This document shows positions 61,931 to 64,000 of a stretch of DNA of 64,000 nt, piece after piece. Below the pieces are notes generated by a model. That model made no database searches. It saw only the letters and a program-made list of their open reading frames with translations, and was not told the DNA's origin. The position numbers and the translations under genes are program-made. The stretch comes from a virus (Duplodnaviria; Heunggongvirae; Uroviricota; Caudoviricetes), in the IMG/VR virus record IMGVR_UViG_3300036944_001243. One strand, given 5' to 3'. The stretch's first letter is position 1. Each line of letters starts with the position of its first letter.

Positions 61931-62659
61931 ATGGCTAAAAAAAAGCTCGACAAGTCGGGTTCTTTTGAGTTACATCCTCAACTAGAACATAAAATCAGAA
62001 CTAAAGCAAAAAAGTTCAGATTCTCAACGAAACAAGTTCATTTCTTGGACATGCTTCTCGACCCCAACAATTCTATAATTTTTGTTTCTGGTCCAGCAGG
62101 CACATCCAAAACATACATGTCTCTTTATGCGGCGATCCAGTTGATGGCGGCAGATCAAGACAAAGATCTATTGTATGTCCGAAGTATTATCGAAAGTGCC
62201 GAAAAAGGATTGGGCAGTTTACCAGGTGATATTGCCGAAAAATTCGATCCATTCTTGATGCCTCTCTACGATAAGCTGGAAGAAATTGTTCAGCCCCAAG
62301 ATGTTGTGTGGTTAAAGGCCGAAGGCAAAGTTGGAGCGTTGCCAGTTAACTTTTTGCGTGGTGCAAACTGGGTAAATAAGATTGTGGTGGCAGATGAGTG
62401 CCAAAATTTTACATTTAAAGAAATAACCACACTAATTACCCGCGTGGGCGAGGGCTCAAAACTTATTATCTGCGGCGACTTTATGCAGAGCGACATTGGC
62501 AACAAAAGCGGCTTCAAGCCAATCTTTAATTTGTTTAATGATCAAGAAAGTAAAGACAACGGCGTGCAAACATTCTCGTTTACTCATGACGATATTGTGC
62601 GCAGCGGTATTCTGAAGTTTTTGATTACTAAATTAGAAAATTATCAAGCCAACGTGTAA
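61931..62659 (+). CDS. phoH: PhoH-like ATPase
   Basis: Walker A VSGPAGTSKTYMSL and PhoH-type IICGDFMQSD. Confidence 0.75.
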   Translation: MAKKKLDKSGSFELHPQLEHKIRTKAKKFRFSTKQVHFLDMLLDPNNSIIFVSGPAGTSKTYMSLYAAIQLMAADQDKDLLYVRSIIESAEKGLGSLPGDIAEKFDPFLMPLYDKLEEIVQPQDVVWLKAEGKVGALPVNFLRGANWVNKIVVADECQNFTFKEITTLITRVGEGSKLIICGDFMQSDIGNKSGFKPIFNLFNDQESKDNGVQTFSFTHDDIVRSGILKFLITKLENYQANV

Positions 62660-62781
62660 ATACATATAGACAAGGCTTCACAACGCACGCAGCGAAATGC
62701 AAATTTCTCATCGGTGATAGCCTTGTCTCTTCGTGTTTAAAAATAACTTGAAAAAAACAATAAAAATAGCATCATAATTAT

Positions 62782-63144
62782 ATGAATGCTACTTTCTGCT
62801 CTAATTGTGGAGCTAAACATACTTATACTTATGCGAAGCCTAAGTTTTGTTCAAGTTGTGGATTTAATTTGGGGCCTGAGTTAAAACAAGCGGTCGCGAA
62901 ATCCCAACCTAATATCGAAGATGAATATGAGGACGAAGATGATGAAGACGGTGAGTTTTCTAATTCTTCCCATGTCCCAACAATCCGTAAGCTAGAAGTT
63001 GAGGTTGAAAAATACGCCGAATCCACTTCTTTCACATTGGGTTCTATATTTGGACAAGCCGATCAGCTTCCAGCGCAACCAAGACGCCGCACATCACAGT
63101 CTTTGGGTGATTTTGTAAATGATAAACCTCGCCGTGGAGAATAA
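62782..63144 (+). CDS. zinc-ribbon protein with acidic tail
   Basis: CSNCGAKH...CSSCGF; DEYEDEDDEDGE. Confidence 0.35.
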   Translation: MNATFCSNCGAKHTYTYAKPKFCSSCGFNLGPELKQAVAKSQPNIEDEYEDEDDEDGEFSNSSHVPTIRKLEVEVEKYAESTSFTLGSIFGQADQLPAQPRRRTSQSLGDFVNDKPRRGE

Positions 63145-63820
63145 GCCTAAAACATACGAAGAATGCTATGAAACAATTGATTCAGTAATTAGGAAGTTCC
63201 AGAAAAAATGGCAACTCAAAGCAATTAACTGGTTTGATTTTGAAGATGTGTCGCAACACGTTAAGCTGCACATATTTAATAAGTGGCAATTGTGGGATCA
63301 AACTAGACCTCTTGAGCCTTGGGTTGCGCGTGTAACATCTCATCAGATAAGAAACATTATACGCAACAATTATACTAATTACGTTAAGCCATGTATGCAG
63401 TGTAAGTTTAATATGGGCGATAACATCTGCGCCTTTACAAGAAGCGGCACACAAAACACCACATGCGATCAATATGCTAAGTGGAGCAAACAAAAGAAGT
63501 CGGGTTATGGTATCAAATTGCCACTCCCTATGGAAAACCACTCTAAAGAAATAGATTCATACGAAGACTCATCAATCAATTTCAGTGATTCAATTAAAAG
63601 ACTCAACCAACTATTAAAAGAATCCTTATCTGATGCACACTATACGGTTTATACCATGTTGTTTTTTGAAGAGCGAACAGAAGAGGAAGTCGCGAAATTC
63701 ATGGGCTATAAAACAAACGAAAAAAATCGAGCCGCAGGATACAAGCAAATAAAAAATCTTAAAAAAATGCTTAAACTGAAGGCCCAAAAAATAATCAGCG
63801 AAAACGATATTTTATTATGA
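63119..63820 (+). CDS. putative sigma-factor-like (sigma-70 regions 2 and 4-like) transcription regulator
   Basis: C-terminal HTH ...YTVYTMLFFEERTEEEVAKFMGYKTNEKNRAAGYKQIKNLKKMLK; N-terminal region-2-like; weak. Confidence 0.35.
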   Translation: MINLAVENKPKTYEECYETIDSVIRKFQKKWQLKAINWFDFEDVSQHVKLHIFNKWQLWDQTRPLEPWVARVTSHQIRNIIRNNYTNYVKPCMQCKFNMGDNICAFTRSGTQNTTCDQYAKWSKQKKSGYGIKLPLPMENHSKEIDSYEDSSINFSDSIKRLNQLLKESLSDAHYTVYTMLFFEERTEEEVAKFMGYKTNEKNRAAGYKQIKNLKKMLKLKAQKIISENDILL

Positions 63821-64000
63821 ATTTGAATGACGAACAAAAAGAGGCTGTCGCAAAAGCATATGCCAAAACAACGGATTTAAATGAAATAACCCGCGAGGTT
63901 TTCAATAATCCTCAAATTGATGGTCGCAGTAAAGAAGGTCGCCTTGTGCGATCTTATCTTATTGAAAAAGGTTTTAAATTCAAGACCGCTCGCCGCACCA
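63819..64000 (+). CDS. hypothetical protein (3' partial at window edge)
   Basis: ATG overlapping upstream stop; ORF runs off window. Confidence 0.3.

Noticed and set aside
1-64000. Integrase, transposase/IS element, rRNA, attachment-site direct repeats
   Set aside because: No tyrosine/serine recombinase or DDE transposase motifs in any ORF, no rRNA-like conserved blocks; window looks like lytic-phage core/accessory DNA rather than an integrated element boundary.

Overview
This 64 kb window is dsDNA bacteriophage-type sequence (about 40% GC) from a large, marine-looking phage. It carries a PhoH-like protein, ThyX, UvdE, a NAMPT-like enzyme and many homing endonucleases. No integrase, transposase, rRNA or CRISPR array was seen. 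Three blocks stand out.

- **tRNA array (1.2-16.3 kb).** About 36 tRNA genes cover nearly all amino acids. HNH and DUF559 homing endonucleases are interspersed, and a sigma70-like promoter lies upstream. The array is unusual in four ways:
  - nearly every tRNA encodes CCA and is followed directly by AATTT;
  - several tRNAs carry Leu anticodons on class-I bodies;
  - there are pseudo- or split tRNA fragments;
  - a 900-bp ORF-free region (5330-6224) has a circularly permuted tRNA-like module, which makes it a candidate two-piece tmRNA.

- **Ro60/Y-RNA candidate (13.2-15.3 kb).** A cluster of tRNA-like fragments at 13.2-13.9 kb includes a sequence that matches the conserved Ro60-binding 5' region of Y RNAs. 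It sits immediately upstream of a 484-aa TROVE+vWA (Ro60/Rsr-like) gene, so this is a candidate phage Ro60/Y-RNA module.

- **Metabolic, repair and lysis genes (16-51 kb), plus strand.** These include three tandem YopX-like paralogs, GIY-YIG endonucleases, ThyX, UvdE, a macro-domain protein, an adjacent PRPP-synthetase-like + NAMPT-like pair (possible NAD-reconstitution/anti-defence module), an SPFH protein, a large GHKL-ATPase protein, CHAP and RlpA-like lysis enzymes, and a RuvB-like AAA+ protein.

- **Small-gene cluster (51.6-60.9 kb), minus strand.** This includes a SAR lysozyme and an SprT-like peptidase. It is punctuated nine times, at roughly 1 kb spacing, by a conserved triple-hairpin cassette (GTAAGTC inverted repeat, GGCGCGGGGGCCGCGCC hairpin, second inverted repeat). 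CTTGACA palindromes, an ATGACATATCAT motif and conserved T-arm-like leaders accompany the cassettes.

Coordinates of hand-folded tRNAs may be off by 1-3 nt.
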